43,297 nt of DNA, from contig JYFJ02003350.1 in the NCBI GenBank assembly GCA_000934665.2, forward strand, positions 1-43,297. Reading direction: 5' to 3'. The DNA is from Catajapyx aquilonaris (taxonomy: Eukaryota). Within the stretch, counting starts at the first letter, position 1. Each line of letters opens with the position of its first letter. Shown here piece after piece: positions 24,657-37,643 of this stretch. A model generated the notes under the pieces. That model saw nothing but the letters and a program-made list of their open reading frames with translations. It was not told where the DNA came from and ran no database searches. A program made the position numbers and the translations under genes.

Positions 24657-25068
24657 GGAGGGCCAAGATTTCCACCTATACGGTGGGCGAGCGAAGAGAG
24701 CCTTTCGCTTACGCAACCAATTCGTCGCTGGAGCGACGAAAGGGAGCCTTTGGTCGCGTAACCGAAAGGTTCCCTTCGCTGGGGCGACGAAAGGGAGCCT
24801 TTGTCGCGTAACCGACAGGCTCCCTTCGCTGGGGCTACGAAAGGGAGCTTTTGGTCGCGTAACCGACAGGCTCGCTTCGCTGGGGCGACGAAAGGGAGCC
24901 GTTGGTCGCGTAACCGAAAGGGTCTCTTCGCTGGGGCGACGAAAGGGAGCCGTTGGTCGCGTAACCGAAAGGTTCCCTTCGCTGGGGCTACGAAAGGGAG
25001 CCGTTGGTCGCGTAACCGAAAGGCTCTCTTCGCTCTCACACCGTATCGGTGGAAATCTGGCCATCTAC
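24657..25068. mobile_element. MITE with ~65-bp TIRs and an internal ~51-bp GC-rich tandem array
   Basis: ggccaagatttccacctatacggtgggcgagcgaagagagcctttcgcttacgcaaccaa versus ttggtcgcgtaaccgaaaggctctcttcgctctcacaccgtatcggtggaaatctggcc; about 6 internal copies of cgaaagggagccgttggtcgcgtaaccgaaagg..cttcgctggggcga. Confidence 0.8.
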
Positions 25069-26279
25069 GAATTTTCGCTCACATTTTTCAAGTTCAAATC
25101 TGCTAAAACCCTACCTGAACCTCACAAATCAATCGCCATATTTTTCGCAAACTCCATAACTGTCCCCATAAACTTCCAAAGCACTTATAGGAAACCATAC
25201 TTATCGTGAGTGACACAAGAACCTTTGGAATGTTCCAAACGGTGGAAAATGGTTCAAAAAAGCTAGTTTTTTGGGGGGAGGCCACCCTTTAGCCTTAGGC
25301 CCTAAGGAGGCGTGGTTCTTTCGGCGGTTCTTGGCTAGCACCAAATGAAATGAAATTAAAACTTTGGCCTGGGTGTTAAATCAAACCGTGGCCTCTAGGC
25401 AGGTGTGGCAGGGGGGAAATTGGGCATTTTTTTGAGACAGGAAGGGCCAATGGGGGGTGCATACCTGGAATTAGGTAGGTGAGCCCAAGAGCCAATTAAG
25501 AACAGGTAAAAAAAATTCAAGCAATATTTAGGGCAATACTGTAAAATTGTAGGTCACCTCACATCGTCATAGGTGGCCAACAATCAATTTATTAAACTAG
25601 CCTCGCTCTAAGATACTCATACGACACCTAGCCTCCTCCCATGTCCACCACCCAACATATCGTACTTATTAACAATTTTTAAAAAAATATATATTAGCAT
25701 TGTACGTCCTAGAACCCATTTATCATCCACAACAATGCAACAGACGATCACAGAATATTTTTTCGATATTTTCCGTTCCAAAAAAAAACAAGTAAGTCCC
25801 CCCCTGTCATTTTGAGAAGAAGGTTGTGAGCTATTTGCCTTCAGGCCTCGACCTTTCGTTTTACACGAAAAGCAATTCCCTGGAATCCCAGGTAATTCTA
25901 CCAGCCAACAAACTCAGGTGTGCTCCAGGCTCCTAATAACACCCGTTCGGAAAATGATGATGCTCTGGTATGTTACCGGTACCCCCCCCCCNCCCATTCT
26001 GATTACCATCCTCAAGAAAGATCTAGAAACAAAAACAAAAAAGAGACGGAATTTGAAATGAGACTTAAAAACCAGTTTTGGTTTCCTGGAAAACAGTAGG
26101 GAAGGGTGACAGGTTATTTACTGGGGTTTGAATTTGTTTAATTCATGATTAGGTGGGGTGCAGAGGGTGTAATTATGGAAGAATTATGAGTGAACTAGTA
26201 GGGCACTATTTGAAAGAAATTGGACTAAAATTGTTATTAATTTAACCGTTCATGCAGTCGTACAATAAAAGGATGTCTA

Positions 26280-26880
26280 TTTATTTATTTACTTATTTAT
26301 TTATTTATTTATTTGTGAAAAATTATTATTATAATTTTTCTGTGGAAATTATTTGTATTTATTTGTGAAAAATTATTATAATAATTTTTCTGTGGAAATT
26401 ATTTGTATTTATTTGTGAAAAATTATTATAATAATTTTTCTGTGGAAATTATTTGTATTTATTTGTGAAAAATTATTATAATAATTTTTCTGTGGAAATT
26501 ATTTGTATTTGTTTGTGAAAATTTATTATCAAATTTAGTTATTTATGTATCTGTGGATAATGGATATTATGTATTTATTTATTATTAACTATACTTATTT
26601 ATTAGTAACGATATTTTAATAACTACAGTTTAATAAATCTATTTTAATAACTACATTTTAATAAATCTATTTTAATAACTACATTTTAATAAATATATTT
26701 TAATAAATATATTTTAATAACTACATTTTAATAAATATATTTAATACATATATTTTAATAAATATATTTTAAATAAATATATTTTAAATAAATATATTTA
26801 ATAAATATATTTTAAATGAATATATTTAATAACTATATTTGTAATAAATTTATTGTTGAATTTATTGATCTACCAGGTAT
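26280..26880. repeat. ~50-bp AT-rich minisatellite plus TATTTTAATAAATA repeats
   Basis: atttgtgaaaaattattataataatttttctgtggaaattatttgtattt, about 4 copies. Confidence 0.88.
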
Positions 26881-28479
26881 TTATTTATGAAATATGAGAA
26901 TTGGAGTCTGTGACGTGCCGTTTGTGTGAACTGATCTGCCTCATAGGTCATCCTTATGACCCAGAGTCGTGGTCTAATAATACACAGGCTCTCAACACTG
27001 ATTAATTATCCTAGCCTCGTGTCCGTCTGTCTCACGGCTTATTACAAAGCTAGCCTCCACCCAGGTCCGCCTCCTGTCGCCAGCGTCATCTATATAGTGA
27101 CACTTTTTGACAACTGCGTGTCTAACTTGTATTGCCATAGTTGGTAGCCCCTAAGATTTTGATTCCTTCGGGTTGACACCCGCAAAACTAGAAACCGACA
27201 AAAAAAAGAAACCAGGTCTGATACCATCTTGAAGAAGTTTCTCACGTAATAAACTGTTCCACTCGACGACTCATGAATGCGTGTCGTGGTAGTTGGTCAT
27301 CTATAACGACTTTCATTGACAACTTCCTTTCCTGTTACAAGGTTCAGGAGACGAAACTTGTTATAATGACACTTCCGAAGGGAATTTGTCATATTCCGAG
27401 ACTTGGTGACATCATAGCCCAGACATAATGTGACAAACACGACTGCTGGTTGGTGGACACGTGTATTGATTTTTGTGTTGTAAACTGGGTTCTAAGTGCA
27501 CTGTTGATGGGGGTTGGTATGCTACAGGTGAGATACTATGCATATTGCACTGAATTTGAGCAAAAAATTAATTAAAAATTAATTTTATGCCTAATATACT
27601 GCTGTACTGCCACGAAATGACGGAAATTTGTGAATAACTTGGTCATATTAGCTACAAATTTGGTGCTTTAAATTTTATACCATATTAGTGGATCTCAGCC
27701 AATTTGCATGCCAAGTTTCAGTACTATCAGTAGTCTAAAAGTGGATTAGACAGGCTTTATATAATGAGCTATGTGATACTGGCTCCATTGTTTGTAATCA
27801 GTTCATAGACACCCTGGGTCGAGGCTAGCTGTCCACTTATTACAGGATGTCATCCACTGCACTTTTAAATATCATATCTGTAGTAATTATGAACCTCCCT
27901 CATTTATTTCAAATCCCTTCATTAGTATCAGGCGTTTAATAACCAGCAAGACTTAGCAATAAAATTTCAAACGCGTTCCACTCCAATTCTACTCTTAATA
28001 ACAACACAACGTTCGGAAATACTTAGACCCAAGACTTAATCCCAGGCACAGACTTAATGCAATAATAAAAGCTCCCCAAAAAACACCTCATTAGTTCCAA
28101 CGATCTTTAAGCAGACATTATTGCAGCAAATTAGAGACGAGAAAACATATCTTACGAGTCTCCCATTCCTTTTACTGAGCTTCGTAAAATTAAATATTCA
28201 GAATGGGGGGGAGGGGGGGGGGAAAGATCAGAGAGAAAATCTTGCAAGGAGGAGAAAATATCTTAAGTAATTTTTTTTTTGGAGACTTGATTTCGGCCAG
28301 AAAGTTTATAGCTCTTGGTAGATGGCGCTTCCAGCACTTTGCTTCCAAAAGGGGGGGTCGAAATATCGAGGAATTTTCCATGAATGAAGGATGAGTGGAG
28401 AGATTTTCTATTTAATAGTAGAATATGGTGGAAGAATTTTCAGGAGGCATATTGAAGGTGTAATATTGTTAGATTATTA

Positions 28480-29300
28480 ACCTTTTCCTGGTTTTTTACA
28501 CATTTATTTTTAAATATTTATTTATACATATTACATTTCCTTATTTTCAAATATTTATTCATAGATTACTTTTCCTTATTTTCTAATGTTTATTTATTTA
28601 CGATTACATTTCCGTATTTATTTTTAAACTTCCTTATTTATTTTTAAATGCTTATTCATATTTTGTTTCCTTATTAATTTTTTACATTTCTGATTTGTTT
28701 ACTTTTACATAGTTATCTGTTTTTAAATATTTATTTGTATTTTGTTTCAATATTTTTTTACATTTTTGACTTGTTTACTTTTACGGACTTATCTGTTTTA
28801 CATAGTTATTTTTTGCATACCGATATTTATTTTTAGATATTCATTTTTGTTTAATTGTTTTAAGTCTTTATCTATTTATATATTTATTTACTTGTTTATT
28901 TTACTTATTTGTCTGTTTATTCTTTCAATTATTTAATCGCCTATTTATCCTTTCAATTATTTAATCACCTATTTATCCTTTCAATTATATTACTTCCGCA
29001 TTCTATCCATAATATAACTACATTCTTTCAATTATTAAATCACTTATTTATTTATTTATTATAACTCACTTATTTATTATAATTCATTTATTTATTTATT
29101 ATAATTCACTTACTCTATTTTATTAATTTATTGTTTGCCCATTCGCACTTAAATTCTTATTTCCCAATTTAAATGCCATCTTTTTCGTTTATATTTAATG
29201 ATATATATCCCACTGCATTATTTTACACATTACTGTACTAAGAAAATATTTAAGAGTAAGATTATGTGCAAAAAAATGCATAAAAATGACAATATTATAG
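28480..29300. repeat. T-rich low-complexity block
   Basis: Visible directly. Confidence 0.7.
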
Positions 29301-29919
29301 TTTTTGAAAAGGAAGATTCCTCTACTTTAAAGGAAGATTCCTCTACTTTAAATAAATCAGACTAGTACCCGAAGTGGTCCATAGTTGGCGCTGCTAAAAC
29401 GGGAGACGGAACGGAGCAGTCCGTTTACAGTGGAGACAGGGTGTGAGGCCCAGAATGTAGCAGTCAGAAGGTAAAACGAGGCGGTACACGACATCGGAAT
29501 TGTCCAAACAAGGATATGGAGGTCCGGAGCTGATGAAGGAGAAGAGCCGTTTGAAGATTGAGGGCTTGTCCCATGCCATTAACCCTCTCTTTTCTCTCTT
29601 AGTAAAAAGAAAAACCGGTCCTTCGTGTCCAGGGCCGGAATAATGAGCATCGGGAGGGAAAATTGAGGCGGGAGGGAGGAAAAATTGCCACGCAGGTAGT
29701 AGGGGGGGGGGGGGGGGGGTTNNGTTTACGAGCTTGATTTTGGCTCACTCTAAATTGAATCGATCGTTAGGTGTGTGCAAAGGCCCTTGGAAAAAGCCAG
29801 AAGATGTCTTGCTCCGCGTTTATTTCGGGCTAGTCAGCATGGTTTCCGGGTAATGCTTACTACCTGTGCAATAGGCCGGCCCGATGCGATTAGGTCGTAG
29901 GAGTAGCCTACACACGGAA

Positions 29920-30960
29920 TAGCAGGCTTAGTACTGAACAAATCGTTCAAATATTTGCTTTAATTTTAATGAAATTGGCAAAACCTCAGCCATTTTATAT
30001 CCAACCGCTTGAATCCGCCATCTTGTATCCGCCATCTGGTATCGTAATAGCAGGCCAATACTGAACAAATCGTCATAATTCATATGTTAGCTTTAATTTT
30101 ACTGAAATTGGCAAAACATAATTCATTTTAGATCCGCCAGCTTGAATCTGCCATCTTGGATCCGCCATTTTCCGCCATTTTGGATATTTTTAAATATTTT
30201 AGTTATTTTTAAATATTTATATTTTAGATATTTTTAAATATTTTTAAATATTTATATTTTAGATATTTTTAAATATTTTTAAATATTTATATTTTAGATA
30301 TTTTTAAATATTTTTAAATATTTATATTTTAGATATTTTTAAATATTTTTAAATATTTATATTTTAGATATTTTTAAATATTTTTAAATATTTTCAGATT
30401 TAGTTTTAGATATTTAAAATATTTCAAAGTATCTAAAATATTTTTTAAATATTTTCAGACAGGTTTGTTTTCAGATATTTTCAGATATTTTCAGATATAT
30501 TTTTAACTTTTTCTATGCCCTATTTTAAATATTTTAGATATATTTTGAGTATTTTAGATAATTTTAACTTTTTCAATATTTTAAATATTTTCAGATGTAG
30601 TTTTAGATACTTTTAAATATTTTAAATATTTTCAGATATAGTTTTAGATATTTAAAAATATTTCAAAGTATCTAAAATATTTTTAAATATTTTCAGATAT
30701 ATTTTTAACTTTTCGATACTTTAAATATTTTAGATATATTTAGATATATTTTCAGTAATTTAGATATATTTAGATATATTTTCAGTAATTTAGATATATT
30801 TAGATATATTTTCAGTAATTTAGATATATTTAGATATATTTTCAGTAATTTAGATATATTTTCAGTAATTTAGATATTTTAAAGTCTTTCTTAGCTATTC
30901 TTAACTGTTTTTAGATATTTAATAAATGTTTTAGATATTTGTCAATATTTTAGGTATATT
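29920..30960. repeat. ATCCGCCATCTTG-containing duplication followed by TTTTTAAATATTTTAGATA satellite
   Basis: Two copies of tactgaacaaatcgt..gaaattggcaaaac..atccgccatcttg, then AT satellite at 30180-30960. Confidence 0.82.
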
Positions 30961-31669
30961 TTTAGCCCATCCGTATCAGTGAGCTGGAGTCACGCCATCT
31001 GTCAGAATTCCGACCAACTACCGCCTGCAGTAATAAGGATAATGCACTCTACAGGGTGTGCATAAACGTCACGCTGACGCCTATCAGCCCATTACTAACG
31101 ACTTAAAAAATGTCAATAACTCAATATGATACGCATGCTCACAAGATAAAACAGGAAATCATTAACCTGCCCCGGATTTCCGTCCACCTGACGTTACACC
31201 TGACGCTTTACAACCGGGTCCGACAAAACGTATTCAGGAGAAACGCACCCGACTGTAACGTTGCTTGACAACCCTTTCAGAGCAGCGTATTGCGCTGCGT
31301 ATATGTGCAATGTGCAAAAAAAAAAGTTGGAACCACATCAAAGGGGTACGGGGGTTCTCAATTTGCAAAAGTCCATTCATCGTCGCTCCTTGTCGAACAT
31401 GTGGTTATCCAATTACGCGCCATCAAGAGTTATATACTGTACTTGGATACGGCGCGGCGGTTCTTTGCGCGTCAGTGGGTTGTTTTTAGTGATGCCCTAA
31501 AATCGGATTGCCTGGGAGTGACATGAGGGTGTCGGGTTACAGTATAGGGGAAGAGATAGTATTGAATATCGAGAGATATGTGCTAGGGGTGGATACAATG
31601 CAATGGGCTGTGGGGCATGAAACGCGATTAGAACGTATGAGTACACACGTCGTCAGGTATCGGAACGTC

Positions 31670-32255
31670 GATACGGTGCGTAGAAGTCGTCAAAATTCGT
31701 ATTGTTAGATTTACTGTATGAATATGGTGGTTGCCATATTGAATCCATCAGCTGGATGCGCCATATTGGATACGCCATCTTGTGTCCGCAAACGTACGGA
31801 TTTCTGACCCTGTAATCACGATATGGTGAGTAGAATGCGTCAAAATTCATGTTTTTAGATTTACTGTATGAATGTGGCGGTTGCCATCTTGGATCCATCA
31901 ACTTGGATCTGCCATATTGGATCCGCCATCTTGTATCCGCAAACGTGCGGATTTGTGACCCTGTAGTCACGATATGGTGCGTAGAATTGGTCAAAATTCA
32001 TATTTTTAGATTTACTGTAGGCCTAATAGTGTAGTTAATGTACTGTGCCATGGTGGTTGCCATATTGGATCCATCAGCTGGATCCGCCATCTTGGATCTG
32101 CAAACGTACATATTTTTGCCACTATAAGCTCGATATGGTGCGTAGAATTCGTTGAAATTCATATATTTAGATTTACTGTATGTCTGTTCCACGGGGCGGT
32201 TGCCATCTTGGATCCGCCATTTTGAGTCCCCAAACAAACAGCTTTGACCCTGTAA
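31670..32255. repeat. Four-copy ~150-160 bp tandem repeat rich in GGATCCGCCAT(C/A)TTG
   Basis: aaaattc..ttagatttactgta..ggttgccat..ggatcc at about 31692, 31842, 31994 and 32154. Confidence 0.85.
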
Positions 32256-32919
32256 TCTGGGCCTGAAACCACCGACTTACTGACTCATTTTCCTTCAACC
32301 CCAGAAAGGTATGGGGGGCTCAGAATGAAATCCCTGAAAAACTTTTCCATCCCTCCCCGTTGCTAATCCGCCATTTTCCCAGGCGTCACTCTTAATGAAA
32401 GAGACATGGAGGCTCTGTGGGAAAAGGACCCGTCACACCTCAGCAAGTCCGGACTCAAGAGATCAAAACCCCAGCTTTTGTACAATCCAACCCGTTTTTT
32501 TTCTTCAGGAGAAGCCCGTATTGTCTGGATCAAAAATGGCGGCGATCAATCTAATTTGATCTGAACCACGCCCTGTTTTAAACAATGTTAGGTAACAGTA
32601 CATACAAATTCCATTACCAGGACGTGTACATATGAGTGACCCACATATGTGTGACAATGGAGCAGTATATCTTTTAAGACTAGATAAAAAATGGCGGCCG
32701 TTTAGACTTTTTTTTAAAATCCATGTAATTTTCATGCGATATTAAGCTGTGATCCAGTAAACACGCTGCGAGCGAGGATAAAAAACGTGAGCGTCAAAGT
32801 GAAAGTCACGATTCCCACCATCGAACAGGTGTCAAGCGGAAACTGGCAATTTAAACGTTCACCACCTTGAAGATAACCGCTTCCGTCTGGCCCATCTTCA
32901 CACCTCAACAGATTGTTAT

Positions 32920-34300
32920 ATATTAATATTTATTAGTTTATTATTTTCACATTTTTAATAGTTAACAAGGAACGCCCAGCCGTTTTGTGCGAATAGTGTT
33001 CGGGACATACTGCTGAATCGCTACTAAATGGTAGAAAACTGTCTATAACTGGTCCTATTTCTAACATTAGCGATTATTAAATTTTTGTAGCATATGTTAA
33101 CATATCTGCTATCAACATGCCAAGTTTCAACCCATTCAGTAGCGTAGAAGTAGGTTAGATGTCGTGTTTTACAAACTGCTGTATCGTCACGAAATGCTAT
33201 AAATTTGCCTATAACTGATCCTACAATTAAAATATGCAATTATTAAATTTTTGTAGCATAATGTGACATCAGCTATCATTATGCCAAGTTTCAGCCCATT
33301 CAGTAGCCTAGAAGCACGTTACGTCGTCGTCGTGTTTTGCACACACTGCCGTATCGCCACGAAATGCTATAAATTTGCCTATAACTGATCCTACAATTAA
33401 AATATGCAATTATTAAATTTTTGTAGCATAATGTGACATATGAGCTATGAGTATGCCAAGTTTCAGCTCTTGCAGTAGTCTGAAAGTGGGTTAGATATCT
33501 CGGGCATGCACACAAACGTGCTGCTTTATATGCAGAGACAGAGACCCCCATCGCATACATTGTTATTTATTAATATGTATTAGTTTATTATTTTAAATTT
33601 TTAACTATTAAAATTAAGTGTGCCGAACACTATTAACTATTAAAACTATTAACTATTATTAACTACTAACTATTAAAATTAAGTGTGCCGAACACTATTA
33701 ACTACTAAAACTATTAACTATTATTAACTACTAACTATTAAAATTAAGTGTGCCGAACACTATTAACTATTATTAACTACTAACTATTAAAATTAAGTGT
33801 GACGAACCCTATTAACTATGAAAACTATTAACTACTTTTAACTATTAAAACTATTAACTACTTTTAACTATTAAAACTATTAACTACTTTTAACTATTAA
33901 AACTATTAACTACTTTTAACTATTAAAACTATTAACTACTTTTAACTATTAAAACTATTAACTACTTTTAACTACTAACTATTAAAATTAAGTGTGCCGA
34001 ACACTATTAACTATTAAAACTATTAACTACTTACTATTAAAATTAAGTGTGTGCCGAAAACGACTTATTGACACAAACCCTTTTGTGTGAATAAATCGTG
34101 TTCGCCACACACTGCTGAATCGCCACGAAATGTTATAAATTTGTCTATAACAGGTTCTATTACTAATATTTCCGCTTATTAAATTTTCCTAGCATATTAG
34201 AGCTATGACTATGCGAGGTTTCAGCCCTTTCAGTAGCCTAGTAGGTTATACATCTCGAATATGCATACAAACGTGCTTCGTTATAATTGCATATTTTAAA
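32920..34300 (+). repeat. Helitron/Helentron-like ~170-bp tandem units (33009-33535, 34110-34285) flanking an ACTATTAA satellite (33600-34060)
   Basis: atgccaagtttcagcc..cagtag..aagt(g/a)ggtta motif in each unit; the same motif occurs at 27706-27763 and 37661-37742. Confidence 0.7.
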
Positions 34301-35239
34301 CTGTTATAGCCGTTCGTGCCATATCGCCATTAGCCATCCCGCCTCAGCAGGACATTACTTAATTTTTATTATCCCCACCTTATTACAACCCCCCCTGCTT
34401 AAGAATGCATGAAGTTTAACCATTTTGTTGCTGGAACTAGGAAAAAAATAATTAGACAAAATTGCAGTACCACCGATCTATAAGTCTGGAAAAGTACAGT
34501 GCTGCCCCCACCAAAACTAGTGGCGTTTCAAACTAACAGTTAAGATGCTATTGTCACCTTGTCCTTATAAAGGTGTCACCCAGCACCAATTGACCCAACT
34601 GATTTACAACTAGTGTTGCAACCTATATCCTTGGACCCTACTTGCTTTTTTGTACAATAGAACCCTCCTGCTGGGTTTACTGTGGCCAATCGATGCTTGT
34701 TGTACATAGGCACGTACACTATATGTGGTGAGTTCAAAGGGCAAGGTAAAACTGAACAAAGGAAGTACCTTAAATCATAGTTTATATCCAACATGGGTGG
34801 GTGGAAGAGGCTTAATTTAGCTCTAATTAAATTTTGGGGAAGTTTTAAAAAGAAAATATTTAAACAATAGTCCTATAGAGGGCAAACTATCCCAGGAAGC
34901 TAATTAAGCGTCTATTGTAACCACAACTATAGCTTTAACAATTGTGCAAAAGTTTTAATCAGTATCAGATGTTAAAATCAATGATTTTAAGTTTAAAGGG
35001 CTGCATGGATGGGATATTGTCCAAATAACACCATGGGAACTGTGGCTTCTTCAGTCGGGGTCAAATGTCGCGGCTGAGTGACCAAGAGGAAAAAGAGCCG
35101 TGGCACTTCGCTGTGTGGTCACTTCAAGGCAGCAAAAAACGGAGTTTCCCAGGGAAAACTTTGGCTTTGTGACGTAATTGTTGCCCACAAGACAGGCCAT
35201 GAGACATTTTGTTGGCTCTCAATTAGTTTAAATCATCAA

Positions 35240-36290
35240 AGGCGACGGACCGTGCCTGGCGGGGACAGTAACGGTCATCCAACGGCCATTTCAATATTGT
35301 TGGCTCTCAATTGAAATAATATTTATCTTTCGGGATGTATGGCCGTTGGATGACCGTTACTATCCCTGCCAGGCACGGTCCGTCCCATTTTCCCGATGGT
35401 TTTAATTTCATTTAATTAATTACAATTTTACCTCCCTAAAATTGTAATTAATTCAAATGAAATTAAAACCATCGGAAAAATGGGACGGACCGTGCCTGGC
35501 AGGGACCGTAATGGTCATCCAACGGCCATTTGAATATTGTTGCCTCTCAATTAAAATAATATTTATCTTTCGGGAAGGGAGGTCAAATTGTAATTAATTA
35601 AAATGAAATTAAAATCATCGGGGAAATGGGACTAACCGTGCCTGGCAGGGACAGTAACGGTCATCCAACAGCCATTTCAATATTGTTGGCTCTCAATTAA
35701 AATTATTTATTTATTTATTGGGAAGGGAGGTAAAACTGTAATTAAAATGAAATTAAAATCATCAGGAAAATGGGACGGACCATGCCTGGCAGGGATAGTA
35801 ACGGTCATCCAACGGCTATACACTTGGGATATTTCAATATTGTTGGCTCTCGATTAAGATAATCTTAATAATTTTTTCGTTAAGGGAGGTAAAACTAGAA
35901 TTAATTAAAATGAAATTAAAATCATCGGGGAAATGGGACTAACCGTGCCCGGCGGGGACAGTAACGGTCATCCAACGGCCATTTCAATATTGTTGGCTCT
36001 CAATTAAAATAATATTTGTCTTTCGGGAAGGGAGGTAAAATTGTAATTAATTAAAATTAAATTAAAATCATCGGGGAAAATGGGACGGACCGTGCCTGGC
36101 GGGGACAGTAACGGTCATCCAACGGCCATACACGTGGGATATCTCAATATTGTTGGCTCTCGATTAAAATAATCTTATTTATTTTTTCGTTAAGGGAGGT
36201 AAAACTATAATTAATTAAAATGAAATTAAAACCATCGGAAAAATGTGACGGACCGTGCCTAGCAGGGACAGTACTGGTTCGGTCACCCAA
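35240..36290. repeat. ~146/163-bp tandem array with one inverted unit (about 35337-35435)
   Basis: ggacggaccgtgcctggcagggacagtaacggtcatccaacggcc occurs 7 times forward and once reversed. Confidence 0.9.
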
Positions 36291-37031
36291 CATATTGCTC
36301 ATTAATTGTCCTGCTAATTAGTAACGCCCCCTACCTCATCAGATAGCCATTTACCCATCAAATTCCAGTCTAGCCAACAGTTAATTCATCTTTTCAATCC
36401 CTCCCATTGGATTTCCGAGCTGTTCCAATTTCCCTCATTCCTTGACAAATGATTTCCGCCATCAAAGACCAATCCGGACGTATTGGTCACCAGATGGAGG
36501 TACCGTATGTTTTTTTGTGTCAACCCCCTCCCGCATGGTTGACTCAACAAGGGTGGGGGGGGGGGTCAACCCNTGACTCAACAAGGGGGGGGGGGGGGGG
36601 GGGTCAACCCCCCCCCCCTATCGAAATGGAAAGTTTTTCGCCTCAGTTTGTCTTTTTGGCGAGGATCCAGAGCGAAGTAGATTCACTCGCGTGGAATGGA
36701 AAAAAAAAAAGGTTGAAACAACCAGTTAGGTTCGAGCGTGAAATGATGGAGCGCATCGCAGTGTCCATTTACTGATGAGTACTTTCAAGCTTGGTGTAAT
36801 CATTCAAGCCCGAGGCTTGCTTATTAATTTGGTAAAGCCAACCGGATGGGTACATGCTAAGCACTTGTTTCGCATTTGGATGGGGGACCAGTGGTGCCAT
36901 CTTGGCTTAAAACGGCTTATAAACAGATTTAGGTAGCGTACTGCTGTATTGCCACAGACTAGTGGAAATATGCATATAACTGGTTCTAATGTCACAAAAT
37001 CGGGTGTTTTGGACTGTGATAGGATATAGTA

Positions 37032-37643
37032 CAGTGCTGGACATAATTATATCGAGGCCATGGTCTTAGAACACTCAGGTCTGGTCACTCCCACTTATCG
37101 CCTGCCGCCCCGGCAGGCGATAAGTGGGAGTGACCAGACCTGAGTGTTCTAAGACCCTATAGTCTTATCTCTTATCGCCTGCCGGGGCATTTTGCATGAG
37201 GTGCTCACTTGAGAGCGCCACGAGACAGCTTTCACTGCTGTAATATGTGGCGACCCTACCGGACCGCGCTGAACTTAGGTAGAAGGGAAGTCGCTACATG
37301 CGGGCTCAACATGGCCGCCTGCGACCATGTTGGGTCCCCCAATGTAGCGCTTTCCTTTTGTACCTATAAAGTTCAGCGTGGTCCGGTAGGGTCGCCACAT
37401 ATTACAGCAGTGAAAGCTGTCTCATGGCGCTCTCAAGTGAGCACCTCTTGCAAAACGCCCCCGGCAGGCGATAAGAGATAAGACTATAGGGGTAGTGTCC
37501 GTGGACTGATCGAGGATACTGCTAGCGACAATTTCCGAAGCGGCAGAAGAAGGAATCTTGCTCGCCCGGCTTATCTTCGATTCCTTCTTCTGCCGCTTCG
37601 GAAAATGTCGCTGCCAGTATGCCTCGATTTATGTCCAACATTG
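37032..37643. mobile_element. Composite TA-flanked Tc1-like foldback element containing three hairpins
   Basis: Outer TIRs TA|cagtgctggacataa..atcgaggc / gcctcgatttatgtccaacattg|TA; internal palindromes at 37062-37156, 37155-37491 and 37509-37628. Confidence 0.7.

Noticed and set aside
24281..25106. Long overlapping ORFs (176, 196, 141 and 101 aa)
   Set aside because: Mostly translations of the 51-bp tandem array, open on both strands, with no recognisable domain.
25455..25490. Recursive-splice-like AG|GT sites on the minus strand (also about 4920)
   Set aside because: Weak polypyrimidine tracts; expected by chance in 40 kb without RNA-seq sawtooth evidence.
29394..29579. 61-aa ATG-initiated minus-strand ORF as an alternative first exon
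   Set aside because: No FERM similarity and no convincing in-phase donor recognised.
35240..36290. CRISPR-like repeat-spacer appearance
   Set aside because: The intervening sequences are themselves repeated, and the context is a eukaryotic intron with no cas genes.
36771..36800. ctgatgag hammerhead ribozyme core
   Set aside because: No properly spaced stem II and GAAA.
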